A DNA stretch of 64,000 nt from Candidatus Poribacteria bacterium. GTDB lineage: Bacteria; Poribacteria; WGA-4E; WGA-3G. The notes beneath the pieces are model-generated. The model worked only from the letters and a program-made list of their open reading frames with translations, did not search any database and was not told where the DNA came from. Both the position numbers and the translations under genes were made by a program. The DNA lies in contig VXMD01000050.1 of assembly GCA_009841255.1 (NCBI GenBank), forward strand, positions 17,533 to 81,532. Direction: 5' to 3'. Within the stretch, counting starts at the first letter, position 1, and each line of letters starts with the position of its first letter. Positions 39,165 through 48,247 of the stretch are shown in pieces.

Positions 39165-39952
39165 TAGGAAAAGATCGAGAATTTGCCTCGGTTTAGCATG
39201 ACCAGTAGGAACCGCAACGCGATGTAACCGACGATAAACGAAGCGAGCATCCCGGTTCCGACGATGTGAAACGGGATTGTGGTGTCTCCGAGGTCTCGGA
39301 TTTTGAGGGCAACGGCGCCGAGAATCGCAGGAATTGAGAGAAGGAAAGAGTATTCCGCCGCGGTTTTTGCGGGAATCCCCAAAAAGAGTGCCAACGAGAT
39401 TGTCGTGCCGGAACGGGAGATGCCGGGTGTAATTGCGCAGCCTTGTGCGATGCCGATGAGGGGGGCGTGCCACGTTTTCAATTCGCCTGCGGGGTTATCA
39501 GAAACATCCGTCTTCTCTCTACGGAGTCGCGGGAGTTGAAGAATAATGCCGGTGAGGATGAGCATGCCGCTCACGATGCGGACCTCGTCGAAAAAGGACT
39601 CTAATTGCGTCTTGAACACCACAGCGATTATGCCTGTGGGAATGGAACCGAGAAATATTAGCCAGATAAACTTGAGTTCCGCCGACGTGTTGAGTGTTGA
39701 CTTGAGTTTCCGCCAGAAGCGGGGACTCCCGACCGTAGAAAGCCCACCTGTTACTAACCTTCCTATTGCCTCACGATACGCGACGAGCACGGCGGCTAAT
39801 GTGCCGACGTGAAGCATCACATCGAAAAAGACGAGGGGTTCCTTGAGTCCGAGGAATTGCTGCGCCAAGACGAGATGGCCTGAGCTACTGACGGGTAGGA
39901 ATTCTGTGAGACCTTGTAAAATCCCGAGGAAAATCGCTTCAAGAAATGTCAT
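39113..39952 (-). CDS. uppP: undecaprenyl-diphosphate phosphatase
   Basis: MTFLEAIFLGILQGLTEFLPVSSSGH signature. Start trimmed to the ATG at 39950-39952. The longer ORF to 40078 runs into the intergenic repeat and the promoter. Confidence 0.85.
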   Translation of the reverse strand: MTFLEAIFLGILQGLTEFLPVSSSGHLVLAQQFLGLKEPLVFFDVMLHVGTLAAVLVAYREAIGRLVTGGLSTVGSPRFWRKLKSTLNTSAELKFIWLIFLGSIPTGIIAVVFKTQLESFFDEVRIVSGMLILTGIILQLPRLRREKTDVSDNPAGELKTWHAPLIGIAQGCAITPGISRSGTTISLALFLGIPAKTAAEYSFLLSIPAILGAVALKIRDLGDTTIPFHIVGTGMLASFIVGYIALRFLLVMLNRGKFSIFSYYCVALGLTSLLIALIQ

Positions 39953-39958
39953 GGAGGT

Positions 39959-39987
39959 ATTGTAGCACTTAAAACGTTGGCTTTCAA
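39959..39987 (-). promoter_or_regulatory. near-consensus sigma70 promoter TTGAAA-17-TACAAT for uppP
   Basis: The minus-strand reading is TTGAAAGCCAACGTTTTAAGTGCTACAAT, 6 nt upstream of the uppP ATG region. Confidence 0.5.
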
Positions 39988-40000
39988 GTGGTAAAATTAA

Positions 40001-40095
40001 AACCGTAGCCTGCAACATCGGCGCAGGCGGATTTGAGAAAGGCACGTTGAGGTTGAAACGCAGGTTATTCCTCCGCAAGGTAAAATTAAAAAATA
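40001..40095 (+). repeat. leader-type intergenic element between divergent uppP and LamG promoters
   Basis: AACCGTAGCC-TGCAACATCGGCGCAGG-CGGATTTGAG...CCTCCGCAAGGTAAAATTAAAAAA. The CCTGC...GCAGG hairpin replaces the CCGTAAGCG...CGG segment. Confidence 0.6.
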
Positions 40096-40100
40096 ATATA

Positions 40101-40129
40101 TTGACGATGCGCCAGATATGTGTTAGAAT
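40101..40129 (+). promoter_or_regulatory. near-consensus sigma70 promoter TTGACG-17-TAGAAT for LamG gene 40160
   Basis: 5/6 match in both hexamers with a 17-nt spacer. AAGGAGG ribosome-binding site follows. Confidence 0.55.
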
Positions 40130-40159
40130 TCTTGTTAAAATGTTTAAGGAGGCACAAGA

Positions 40160-40936
40160 ATGCGTAGAAATCTATTCCTGTTAGGGCTTACGGCGATCTG
40201 TGTATTCGCGGTGAGTCTCTCTCACGCTTTCGAGGAAGAGGACATCCTCGTCTATTACTCTTTTGATAAACTCAGTGGTACTAAAGTCAGCGATGATTCT
40301 GGTAACGGAAACGACGCAGAATTGGTTGGAAAGGGTTCGCTTGTTGATGGAGCATTCAATAAGGCGATCCAGCTGAACGGTGGCGTCGTTGTAATGGAAC
40401 AGAATGACTTTATCGTTCCTATCGGGGAGAAGACAGAGATCACGATGGAAGCGTGGTTTTACCTGAATCAACACGCTTCATACGACGGGATTATCTCCAT
40501 TGAAGCCGCGGCGGGTGGGTGTTGTGAGTTCCGCACCATGGTGGATCCGAGTTTCAATCCATTTTGGGATGCAGGACACCACGCCGACAAGAAGCTCGCA
40601 AACTTCAAATTTGAATTGAAAGAGTGGTACCACTATGTTTTGGTTGCCGATGGCAAAGATGGCAAGATCTATGTCAACGGCAAATTTATTGGTGAGGTGC
40701 CAGAGAATTTCAAGTGGCCCAAGTTCAAAGAGGCGGCAATCTACATCGGGGCAGGCGAAAATCCGAACCTCCATAAAGTCGAAGATGCAATCATCGATGA
40801 GGTCGTCATATACGCCGCGGCGTTGACGGAAGAAGAGGTCAAAACATCGATGGAGCTGAGTGTGCCGGGGGTGCTTGCCGTTGAAGCGCGCGACAAGTTG
40901 GCGGTAACCTGGGGAGAATTAAAAACCGATTTCTAA
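40160..40936 (+). CDS. secreted LamG-like domain protein (paralog of 5510..6340)
   Basis: Signal peptide and LamG motifs. Near-consensus promoter upstream. Confidence 0.65.
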   Translation: MRRNLFLLGLTAICVFAVSLSHAFEEEDILVYYSFDKLSGTKVSDDSGNGNDAELVGKGSLVDGAFNKAIQLNGGVVVMEQNDFIVPIGEKTEITMEAWFYLNQHASYDGIISIEAAAGGCCEFRTMVDPSFNPFWDAGHHADKKLANFKFELKEWYHYVLVADGKDGKIYVNGKFIGEVPENFKWPKFKEAAIYIGAGENPNLHKVEDAIIDEVVIYAAALTEEEVKTSMELSVPGVLAVEARDKLAVTWGELKTDF

Positions 40937-40992
40937 AGTAATTTGTAGGGCGGGGTGCTTCCATCCCAGCCCTACGTCTATTCGGAGATGTT

Positions 40993-41385
40993 ATGAAATT
41001 AGGATTCTTATCAAAGATTTTTGAAGGTGCGTTGAGTATTGAAAAAACATATAACGAATGCGATGCTGCACTCAGCGAACTAAAAGCCTACAACGAAAAA
41101 CGCCAAGAAGCGGATTTTCGGATCTCAACTGAGGAAAAAGCCGAATTGGACGAGGTTGTCAACACGGCTATTACAAATGCGACCCGTATTATTGACAAAG
41201 AAGGCGAACGGAATTGGCCCGGTGTGTTTCGGGAGATGCACACGAATTTAGCAAAACTCTATTTGGAACTGGACGAACACGATAAGGTCCGAGCCGCCTG
41301 TGAACGTCTCCAAGACTATGGCGAAACCGGTAGACTGGAGGCCGATGAGGTGCTGGAGAGCCTCAAGGAGAAAGAAGATTCTTAA
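40993..41385 (+). CDS. hypothetical protein
   Basis: 130-aa helical, acidic ORF. Confidence 0.45.
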   Translation: MKLGFLSKIFEGALSIEKTYNECDAALSELKAYNEKRQEADFRISTEEKAELDEVVNTAITNATRIIDKEGERNWPGVFREMHTNLAKLYLELDEHDKVRAACERLQDYGETGRLEADEVLESLKEKEDS

Positions 41386-41470
41386 TTGTTCCTTGCGGAG
41401 TAATAACGTGCGTTAGAACTTTGAAATGCGTTTCTTATATCCGCCTGCGCCGATGTTGCAGGCTGCGTTT
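41386..41470 (-). repeat. leader-type intergenic element, reverse orientation, between two plus-strand genes
   Basis: The reverse complement reads ...GCCTGCAACATCGGCGCAGGCGGATATAAGAAACGC...AACGCACGTTATTACTCCGCAAGGAACAATTAAG. Confidence 0.55.
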
Positions 41471-41543
41471 TTGATGCTATCTTAAGAGGAAATCTTTATG
41501 AAGCGAAACCCTCTTGACTGATTGCTGACGGCTGACAACTATC

Positions 41544-43445
41544 ATGCAATTTCTGAACCCTGCCGCGTTTTATCTACTCGGTGTCATTCCGATCGTGGTG
41601 GCACTTCACTTTCTGAAATTGCGCCGCCACCCCCGCCTCGTCCCCAGCATTATGTTTTGGCGCTCCACTGCTGAAGACCGGAGAGCAAATGTCCCGTTCC
41701 AACGTCTCCGTAACCTACTCCTCCCACTGCTACAGGTGCTGTTTCTGTTGCTGCTGATATTCAGCGTCGCGCGTCCCACACTGCGTAGACCCGGATTCAT
41801 GCCCGGTAAAGCGATTCTTATCGTTGATAATTCCGCGAGTATGTCCTCAAAAGAGATGGGACAAACCCGCCTCGCACTCGCGAAACAGGAAGCCCGGCAA
41901 TACGTTGAAGCGGTTTCGTCAAGCGGTGGGATGATGCTCATGGTGACGAATTCCGCTGATACCCATATCCAACGAGCTTTTACAACGGATACCTCGAAAC
42001 TCCACCAAGCGATAGAGAGTATCGCTCAGACGCAGGCCCCGCGTAATCTCCGCCCTGTGTTTGATGCGGCAACACGCTATGCGGATTCACCGCAAGATAA
42101 GATTGTCTTTATCAGTGGAACGTTTGAAGACCTGCCGGATATATCGCTGCCGGTGCAGGAAATCGGCGTCGGTGGGAGTGCGGAGAATGTCGGTATCGTC
42201 CGGTTCAGCGTTGAGATGTTCGCGGATCGTTATGAGGTCCTCATCGGCATTCACAATTTTACGGATACACTGCGGGAATTAGACGTTCAATTGTCGGTGG
42301 AGACTGTTCCGCTTGATGATAGAGTGGTGTCTGTTCCGCCGGGTGAGACCAAGTCAGTCCTGTTTTCGGGGAATCCGAGCGGTTTAGCGGGAAAGGTTCT
42401 TAGTGGACACCTTGATGTGGCTGACGACTTTCCGCTGGATGACAGGGCTTGGGCGCTTCTATCTGCTGTCCCCTCGCTGCGGATTTTGCTTGTGAGTGAC
42501 AATCGAAAATCGTTGCTACCCGATCTTTTGAAATCTTATGGCGATCACGTGAAACTGAGTGTAGTGGATCCGGCGGATTATCACGGCACCGGCGATGCGG
42601 ATGTCGCAATTTTCGATGGTGGCACACCCACTGGACGCGCCGGTATCGGAGACTTCTCTGAAATCGCTTCTGGGACGGCTGTGGTCTTTATCGCGCCGGG
42701 GGACAATCTGCCCTTCGTTCGAGAGGATACTCCGAGTGTCGAAGCGGAGAGGACACCTGTGCGTGTTATCAAAGTAGATGGGAATCACCCGCTCATGGAG
42801 AGTGTATCGCTGCAGGGGTTACAGGTGAGCGAGTCTATGCACCGAGCGTTACCACTTTGGGGACATTCGCTTGTTGAAACGGAGAAAGGGGCATTGATAT
42901 GGCTCGGTAGCAGGGCGGACGCTCGGATCCTTGTTTTCGAGTTCGATGCGTTTAACCCCGAAATTTCTACCTTCGCGTTGACTGTCCCCGATGGACCGCA
43001 ATTCATCTATCAGTGTTTGGCGTGGTTTGAGGCGGGAACTGCCCCACTGCAGCCGCTTGCGTCTCAAGGAAGTGGAACCCGGCACGCCTTCCGAACCGGA
43101 GATCAGGTGCGCGTCGCATTGGCACGTGAGGGACGCACACTTCACGTGCAGAAACCTGATGGGACGACGGTTGGATTGGAGCGTCCGATATTCACCGGGA
43201 CGGATCAGATTGGCGTCTACACCCTTTTTGCCGATGATATTCAGCTTGAGCGATTCACCGTCAATCTGCTGAACCCTACGGAATCGGCACTGTCGCATTC
43301 TCCAACAACAGCGATTGCAGACGCTTCAATGGATGTGGCGGGCGGATTGCAACCGATGGCGCAGGAGGTCTGGCGTTGGTTTGCGTTTGCGGCACTCCTG
43401 CTGCTTCTGTTGGAGTGGTGGTTTTATCATCGAAATGGTCTGTGA
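41544..43445 (+). CDS. membrane-anchored vWA domain protein (BatA-like)
   Basis: N-terminal TM helices. MIDAS motif ILIVDNSASMS. C-terminal TM helix. Confidence 0.75.
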   Translation: MQFLNPAAFYLLGVIPIVVALHFLKLRRHPRLVPSIMFWRSTAEDRRANVPFQRLRNLLLPLLQVLFLLLLIFSVARPTLRRPGFMPGKAILIVDNSASMSSKEMGQTRLALAKQEARQYVEAVSSSGGMMLMVTNSADTHIQRAFTTDTSKLHQAIESIAQTQAPRNLRPVFDAATRYADSPQDKIVFISGTFEDLPDISLPVQEIGVGGSAENVGIVRFSVEMFADRYEVLIGIHNFTDTLRELDVQLSVETVPLDDRVVSVPPGETKSVLFSGNPSGLAGKVLSGHLDVADDFPLDDRAWALLSAVPSLRILLVSDNRKSLLPDLLKSYGDHVKLSVVDPADYHGTGDADVAIFDGGTPTGRAGIGDFSEIASGTAVVFIAPGDNLPFVREDTPSVEAERTPVRVIKVDGNHPLMESVSLQGLQVSESMHRALPLWGHSLVETEKGALIWLGSRADARILVFEFDAFNPEISTFALTVPDGPQFIYQCLAWFEAGTAPLQPLASQGSGTRHAFRTGDQVRVALAREGRTLHVQKPDGTTVGLERPIFTGTDQIGVYTLFADDIQLERFTVNLLNPTESALSHSPTTAIADASMDVAGGLQPMAQEVWRWFAFAALLLLLLEWWFYHRNGL

Positions 43446-43487
43446 GTAGGATCTATAACAGAACTTACGCACAAAACGGATATTATA

Positions 43488-43556
43488 GGAGGCAAAGGTT
43501 GGAAGATTGGAAAGTTGGGGTCTCCATCCTTCCTTTCTTCCATCCGTCCATTCCCT
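43488..43556. repeat. GGAAG/CTTCC-rich long imperfect palindrome downstream of the vWA gene
   Basis: GGTTGGAAGATTGGAAAGTTGGGG ... CCATCCTTCCTTTCTTCCATCC. Shares the GTTGGAAG motif with 3338..3420. Confidence 0.45.
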
Positions 43557-43564
43557 AATTCTAT

Positions 43565-45391
43565 TCAGCGTCCTATGGCTTTCAGAATTCTCTGAACCAT
43601 CTGCGCTTTTGGTTGCACTCCCCAGAAACTGTCAACAGCCTTTCCGTCTTGGAATACTATATAATGCGGCGTTGCTCGAATCGGATATTTTTGGAGCGTT
43701 TGTCGGGCATTCTTAATATTCAATTTCGCGACAGCAAACGTATTCCGGTGCTCTGAAGCAATTTGGGCGACAACTGGCGCCATCCGTGCACAGAACGGTC
43801 AGCCATCCTTTACATACTCAAGCAAGATGGGGGCATCTGATCCAAGTACAAGGCTATTAAACGTTGCGTCAGTGACTTCAAATGGGACCCCCGAAGTTTT
43901 ACTGGAAGTGGTAAAACGAATGTTAATGTCGGTGGAATTGCCCGCAGCATCGCTAACTTTTCCCGCAATGACATAGGTGATTGCGTTGCCGAGTTCTTTT
44001 CCTCTGACCAGTTCAAGCGTCCCTTTCTTACCTGAAACTTTGCCGAGCCAGCCCGCATCAACACCGGCGACGGTTCGCAGTGCGATGTTGCCAGTTACGG
44101 TTTCGTTGAAGGTAACTTCGATCCGCTTAAGTGCTTCCGGATCAACGTCCTTATCACCGTTCTTGACGTTTCCGCTGGTAATTTTGGGTGCCTCGGTGTC
44201 TGGAACACGGACGGTATAATTGAGCGTTTCGGATCCATCTGCCCAAGTGATGGTCAAGGCGAGTGGACCTGAGTCGAAGGGACCCGTGATTCGCACCCGT
44301 TTGCCCGTGATTCTCGTCGTTCCTGTGTTGACTGTAACATCCTCTGGTGGATTGTCAAAGGTCAGGATAAGGGTATCGTCGACATCAATTTGTGATCGGA
44401 CCGCTGGATTTGCGCTCACAAAAGCGGCAGGGGTTCTGATGGTATAGTTGAGCGTCTGGGCGCCATCCGCCCAAGTGACGGTCAAGGCGAGTGCTCCGGA
44501 ATCGAAGGGACCCGCGATTTCCACAGTTTTGTCGGTGACCGTAGCCGTTCCTGTGCTGACTGTAACGTCCTCTGGTGGATTGTCGAAAGTCAGGGTAAGG
44601 GTATCGTCAATGGATAGTTTGGAGTTGACTGCTGGATTGGCCCTGATGAAAGCGGCAGGGGTTCTGACGGTATAGTTGAGCGTTTGGGTGCCATCCGCCC
44701 AGGTGACGGTCAGTGTGAGTGCCCCTGGGGCGAAGGGACCTGTAATTGCTACAGTTTTTCCAGCGGGTGTGGCGACACCTGTGCTAACTTTAACGCCTCT
44801 TGGTGGATTGTCGAAAGTCAGTGTGATGGTATCGCTGACAACAATTTTTGAGTTCGTTGCTGGATTTGCACTCACGAAAGCGGCGGGGGTTCTGATGGTA
44901 TAATCGAGCGTTTGGGTGCCGTCTGTCCAAGTAATCGTTAACGTAAGCGGACCCGCATTAAAAGGACCCGTGATTTCCACGGTTTTGTCGGTGACTGTGG
45001 CGGTACCTGTGTTCACTGTAACATCGTCTGGCATGTTATCAAAAGTAAGCGTGATGGTATCGTTCAGCGTCAACTGTGAACCGGTTGCTGGGTTGGCACT
45101 CACGAACATCACAGGTGGAGGGACGGTTTTGCCCACGTGGCTCGCGACGCGTGTCAAATCGAGGATATTGACGGTGCCGTCGCCGTTGACATCCGGGTTC
45201 GGTGTCTGATCTGCGGTGGGTGTCGTGCCGAGATGTGCGGCGACAAGCGTCAGATCGAGGATGTTTATCACGCCGTCGGCGTTGACATCGGAGGCTCTTA
45301 AAGTCTCGAGATCCGTGTCTTGTGTATAGCCTACGGTTAAATGCGTGAGGATTAAACAGGTCGTCAGGCATAAAAAGGCGATTTTTCTCAT
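43565..45391 (-). CDS. dockerin / 4x Ig-like repeat / thioredoxin-fold protein with an in-frame UGA (putative selenocysteine) at the CxxC position
   Basis: Conventional ORFs are 43799..45391 (530 aa) and 43565..43783 (72 aa), in the same frame and separated by one TGA. The junction reads ...FEVTDATFNSLVLGSDAPILLEYVKDG-TGA-PFCARMAPVV..., which aligns to the Trx pattern ...[36 protein letters not shown]. Confidence 0.55.
44220..45131. repeat. four tandem 228-bp coding repeats (Ig-like domains) inside the dockerin protein gene
   Basis: Four consecutive 228-nt units with about 75-80% identity, visible as four parallel plus-strand ORFs of identical length. Confidence 0.8.
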
Positions 45392-45403
45392 CTGTTTTCT
45401 CCT

Positions 45404-46015
45404 TTATTCAGTTTCGTCAATCTCTAAGTTTCCAAGGATGCGTTGCACCAATTCAGCCTTCGGCATGGCTCCTGCAAACCCTGTTACAATTTCTCCATCC
45501 TTGAATACGATATAGGTAGGCGTTCCACGGATGTGATATTCAGCGGTTTTTTCCCGTTGGGTATTTACATCCAACTTGACGAAACTGAATGTCTCGCGAT
45601 ATTCCACTGCGACTTCTGCGACCACCGGTCGCATCCGTATGCAGAATATTCAGGTATCGTCTTTGAATTCTACCACAATCGGCAGTTCAGAACCCAAGAC
45701 GATATCGTCAAACGTTGCATCCGTAACCTCAAACGGGATACCGGATCTCTTACCTAAATGGCTCGCGGCGAGCACCAAATCGAGGATATTGACCGTTCCA
45801 TCGCCATTGACATCCGGGTTCAGGGTCTGATCTGCGGTGGGTGTCGTGCCGAGATGTGCGGCAACGAGCGTCAGATCGAGGATGTTTACGACGCCATCGA
45901 TATTGACATCAGATGCCCGTAGATGTTCAAGGTTTGTCTCTTGTGTGTAGCCTATCGTTAAAAAATGAGTCAGGACTAAACAGGTCGTTAGCAAAAAGAC
46001 CGTAATTTTTTTCAT
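45404..46015 (-). CDS. paralogous dockerin / thioredoxin-fold protein with the same in-frame UGA (putative Sec)
   Basis: ORFs 45650..46015 and 45404..45634 share a frame and are separated by TGA. Junction reads ...IVVEFKDDT-TGA-IFCIRMRPVV. Start set at MKKITVF (ATG 46013-46015), directly after the stop of the upstream gene. Confidence 0.55.
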
Positions 46016-46019
46016 TTTT

Positions 46020-47060
46020 TTATGCGTGTGCCTTGTGCCATTCTTGAACGGCTTCGGGAATCGCTTGCAAATTTTCGATTGTCGTTTGAAGTGGGATGGC
46101 GCACTCGGGTCCGATGAGCGGCACGCCGGCGTCAAGGTTTTTTACGACCTCTGCTTTCACATCTTCCGGTTCTTTAGAAAACAGTGTCTCGGGGTTGTTA
46201 ATGTTCCCGACGAGGGCAATGCGTTCCTTCACGATGTCCATCGATTCCTGCGGTTCGTTTTTGGAGTCATAATGGAAGGCGGACATGCCGGTTTGCGCGA
46301 TGTATTCCATCCTGTCAACGGTGCGACCGCAGATATGCAGGATTAAAGGGATAGGGATCCGGTCGACGAATTCGATGTGGAGGTCCCGAAGATAGCGTTC
46401 GTAGTATTCGCCGCTGACCAGATCGCCTGTGGCGTGGTCGGGGAGTGTGAGAGCGTCGGCACCTGCCTCGATTTGTGCGACCCCGAATTGCACAGTGGCT
46501 TCCTTCATCCGATCGAGGGCGAGTTTCGTTTTCCCGGGATCGTCAAGTGAGAGCAACAGGAAGGGTTCGACCCCAAAACAGTGGTAGCCGAGCGACCAGG
46601 GTCCCATCGTTTTTCCAATGATAGCGACGTCATCGCCGTATTCTTTTTTCAGGATTTTAATCGCTTCGAGGACGCACTGGATATCTGGGTGTGTCAGGTA
46701 ATCGTCCGGGACAACGATATCGTCAACGTCTTCCCAGATCGGTTCGCGCATTCTGACGGTGGGCCAGTTGTCCTTCTGTTCCCACTGAATTTTGCAACCG
46801 AGTGCGCTGGATTCTTGGATAATCGTGAAAACGGGCATGATGGTATCGAACCCGAGTTCGGTGTATCCTGTCGCCGCGAGGCGTGCCATGAGTTCCGGTT
46901 CTCGATTTGCCTGTGGGAAGGGTGCGTCAACGAGATCCATCAGTTCGACCGTCGCGACAGAAGTCGGATTACAGATAGGCGTTCGATCGGTGGGTTCGTT
47001 GCGGAGCGCGGCGAGCACCCGTTCACGGCCCGTCATCGGTTTAACAGTTTGGTTGTGCAT
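46020..47060 (-). CDS. uroporphyrinogen decarboxylase (URO-D) / MtaA-CmuA family protein
   Basis: URO-D fold motifs. 346 aa. Confidence 0.75.
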   Translation of the reverse strand: MHNQTVKPMTGRERVLAALRNEPTDRTPICNPTSVATVELMDLVDAPFPQANREPELMARLAATGYTELGFDTIMPVFTIIQESSALGCKIQWEQKDNWPTVRMREPIWEDVDDIVVPDDYLTHPDIQCVLEAIKILKKEYGDDVAIIGKTMGPWSLGYHCFGVEPFLLLSLDDPGKTKLALDRMKEATVQFGVAQIEAGADALTLPDHATGDLVSGEYYERYLRDLHIEFVDRIPIPLILHICGRTVDRMEYIAQTGMSAFHYDSKNEPQESMDIVKERIALVGNINNPETLFSKEPEDVKAEVVKNLDAGVPLIGPECAIPLQTTIENLQAIPEAVQEWHKAHA

Positions 47061-47178
47061 CCTTGAATTCCTTAATTTCGCTGAGCGTCATCGCTTGACA
47101 AATGCGCTGGTAAGGAGGCTTTCCGTATTCCACCTTCGCGAAGTGTAAACTATACCCAAATTATATCACGGATTTCTT

Positions 47179-47454
47179 TTAATTACGAGAAAAATGAAAA
47201 ACGGGATTCAAAAGGGAGAAAAGAGAGGAAACACAAACGCAGCAAGTTTCAATTCTGCCGTGCTTGGTGTAGCCACTGTTGAACTTGGTCTCTGGTAGGC
47301 GTGATTGCCAGATTAAGAGCCACATTCCAGGTGCGCGTGCGGTATCACCAAATGCGCCTGCGACCAGCGTCAAATCTACGATATTCACAACGTCATCCTC
47401 ATTGACATCCGCACTGTTCTGTCCGGTCTTTCCGAAGTAGTTTGATGCGCCCAC
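47179..47454 (-). pseudogene. remnant of a dockerin-containing gene
   Basis: Fragment DVNEDDVVNIVDLTLVAGAFG matches the dockerin repeats of the two tandem genes. It has no signal peptide and no downstream domains. Confidence 0.3.
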
Positions 47455-47571
47455 CGTCAGATCAATTTTGGAAAAATAGTGTTAGATTTCAAGGGAGTGT
47501 GAAAGGGAAGGAAAAGTAGTTTATACTACAAAAAGATCTGGACGGAATAGAGATATCCGATTTTCCGATCT

Positions 47572-48228
47572 TTAGGTTTGTTGGCTTGGGGCGGATAAGA
47601 CGCCTCGTGAGGCGCTCATCTCTTCTTCTCGTAGGGTGATTCTGACGTTCGGGGCGCGAATTAATAGGAGTCCGACAAGTGCGTCATGCGAATGCCCACA
47701 GGCAAAGCGGACGGTATCCTTGTTATCGGTGTCGACGCTTTCCATTTCGCCCAATTTCATCAAGCCGCCAGCAATCGCTGAGATTCGTCGTGCTGCACCT
47801 CTGCCTTCGCCGTTTGCACGCACCTGATAGGTGCCATCTCCAATTGAATCGACAGTGATGGTGAGTTTGGATTTCCTATCCAGTATGTTTAAAGGGCGTG
47901 GTTCGGCAGGGGTGTCTGATGCGAGTTTGCATGCCTCCAAGAAAACGCGACGACAGGCGAATTCGTGGGCATCTTTACACGGGAAATAGAGCAGACCTTC
48001 AGGGGTTTTTCGCATACCTCCGAGCGTTTGCATGGCGTCTGCAATTGCCTCGATTCTCTCAGTAGCCCCTACCATCTGGCTATAGGTGTAAACAAGGAAA
48101 GCAGGGAACTCCGTCCCAGTCGTTGTATCGGCAATTTGCTGGCGATAGAGTCCAATCGTAATATCGTGGAAGTGGGGATCGATGGGTATGAGTTCAATAC
48201 GTCTACCGATGTCAACGGTGCGTCGCAT
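47572..48228 (-). CDS. hypothetical protein
   Basis: ORF trimmed to the internal Met (MRRTVDIG) to avoid overlap with the upstream gene. Confidence 0.4.
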   Translation of the reverse strand: MRRTVDIGRRIELIPIDPHFHDITIGLYRQQIADTTTGTEFPAFLVYTYSQMVGATERIEAIADAMQTLGGMRKTPEGLLYFPCKDAHEFACRRVFLEACKLASDTPAEPRPLNILDRKSKLTITVDSIGDGTYQVRANGEGRGAARRISAIAGGLMKLGEMESVDTDNKDTVRFACGHSHDALVGLLLIRAPNVRITLREEEMSASRGVLSAPSQQT

Positions 48229-48247
48229 GGGGGTTCCCTCACAACAA

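Noticed and set aside
39953-40078. N-terminal extension of the uppP ORF to 40078
   Set aside because: The extension translates the leader-type repeat and the predicted promoter. The UppP family signature begins at the internal Met (ATG 39950-39952).
43784-43830. Hairpins after the two Trx TGAs as definitive SECIS elements
   Set aside because: They are kept as supportive only. The stems are short (4-6 bp) and the same nucleotides also encode the conserved MxPVV peptide, so the structure could be incidental without a covariance-model score.
45650-46135. The 161-aa form of the small dockerin ORF starting at 46135
   Set aside because: That N-terminal extension overlaps the 3' end of the URO-D/MtaA-like gene by 115 nt. 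The internal Met (MKKITVFLLTTCL...) gives a proper signal peptide matching the paralog, so the start was set to 46015.
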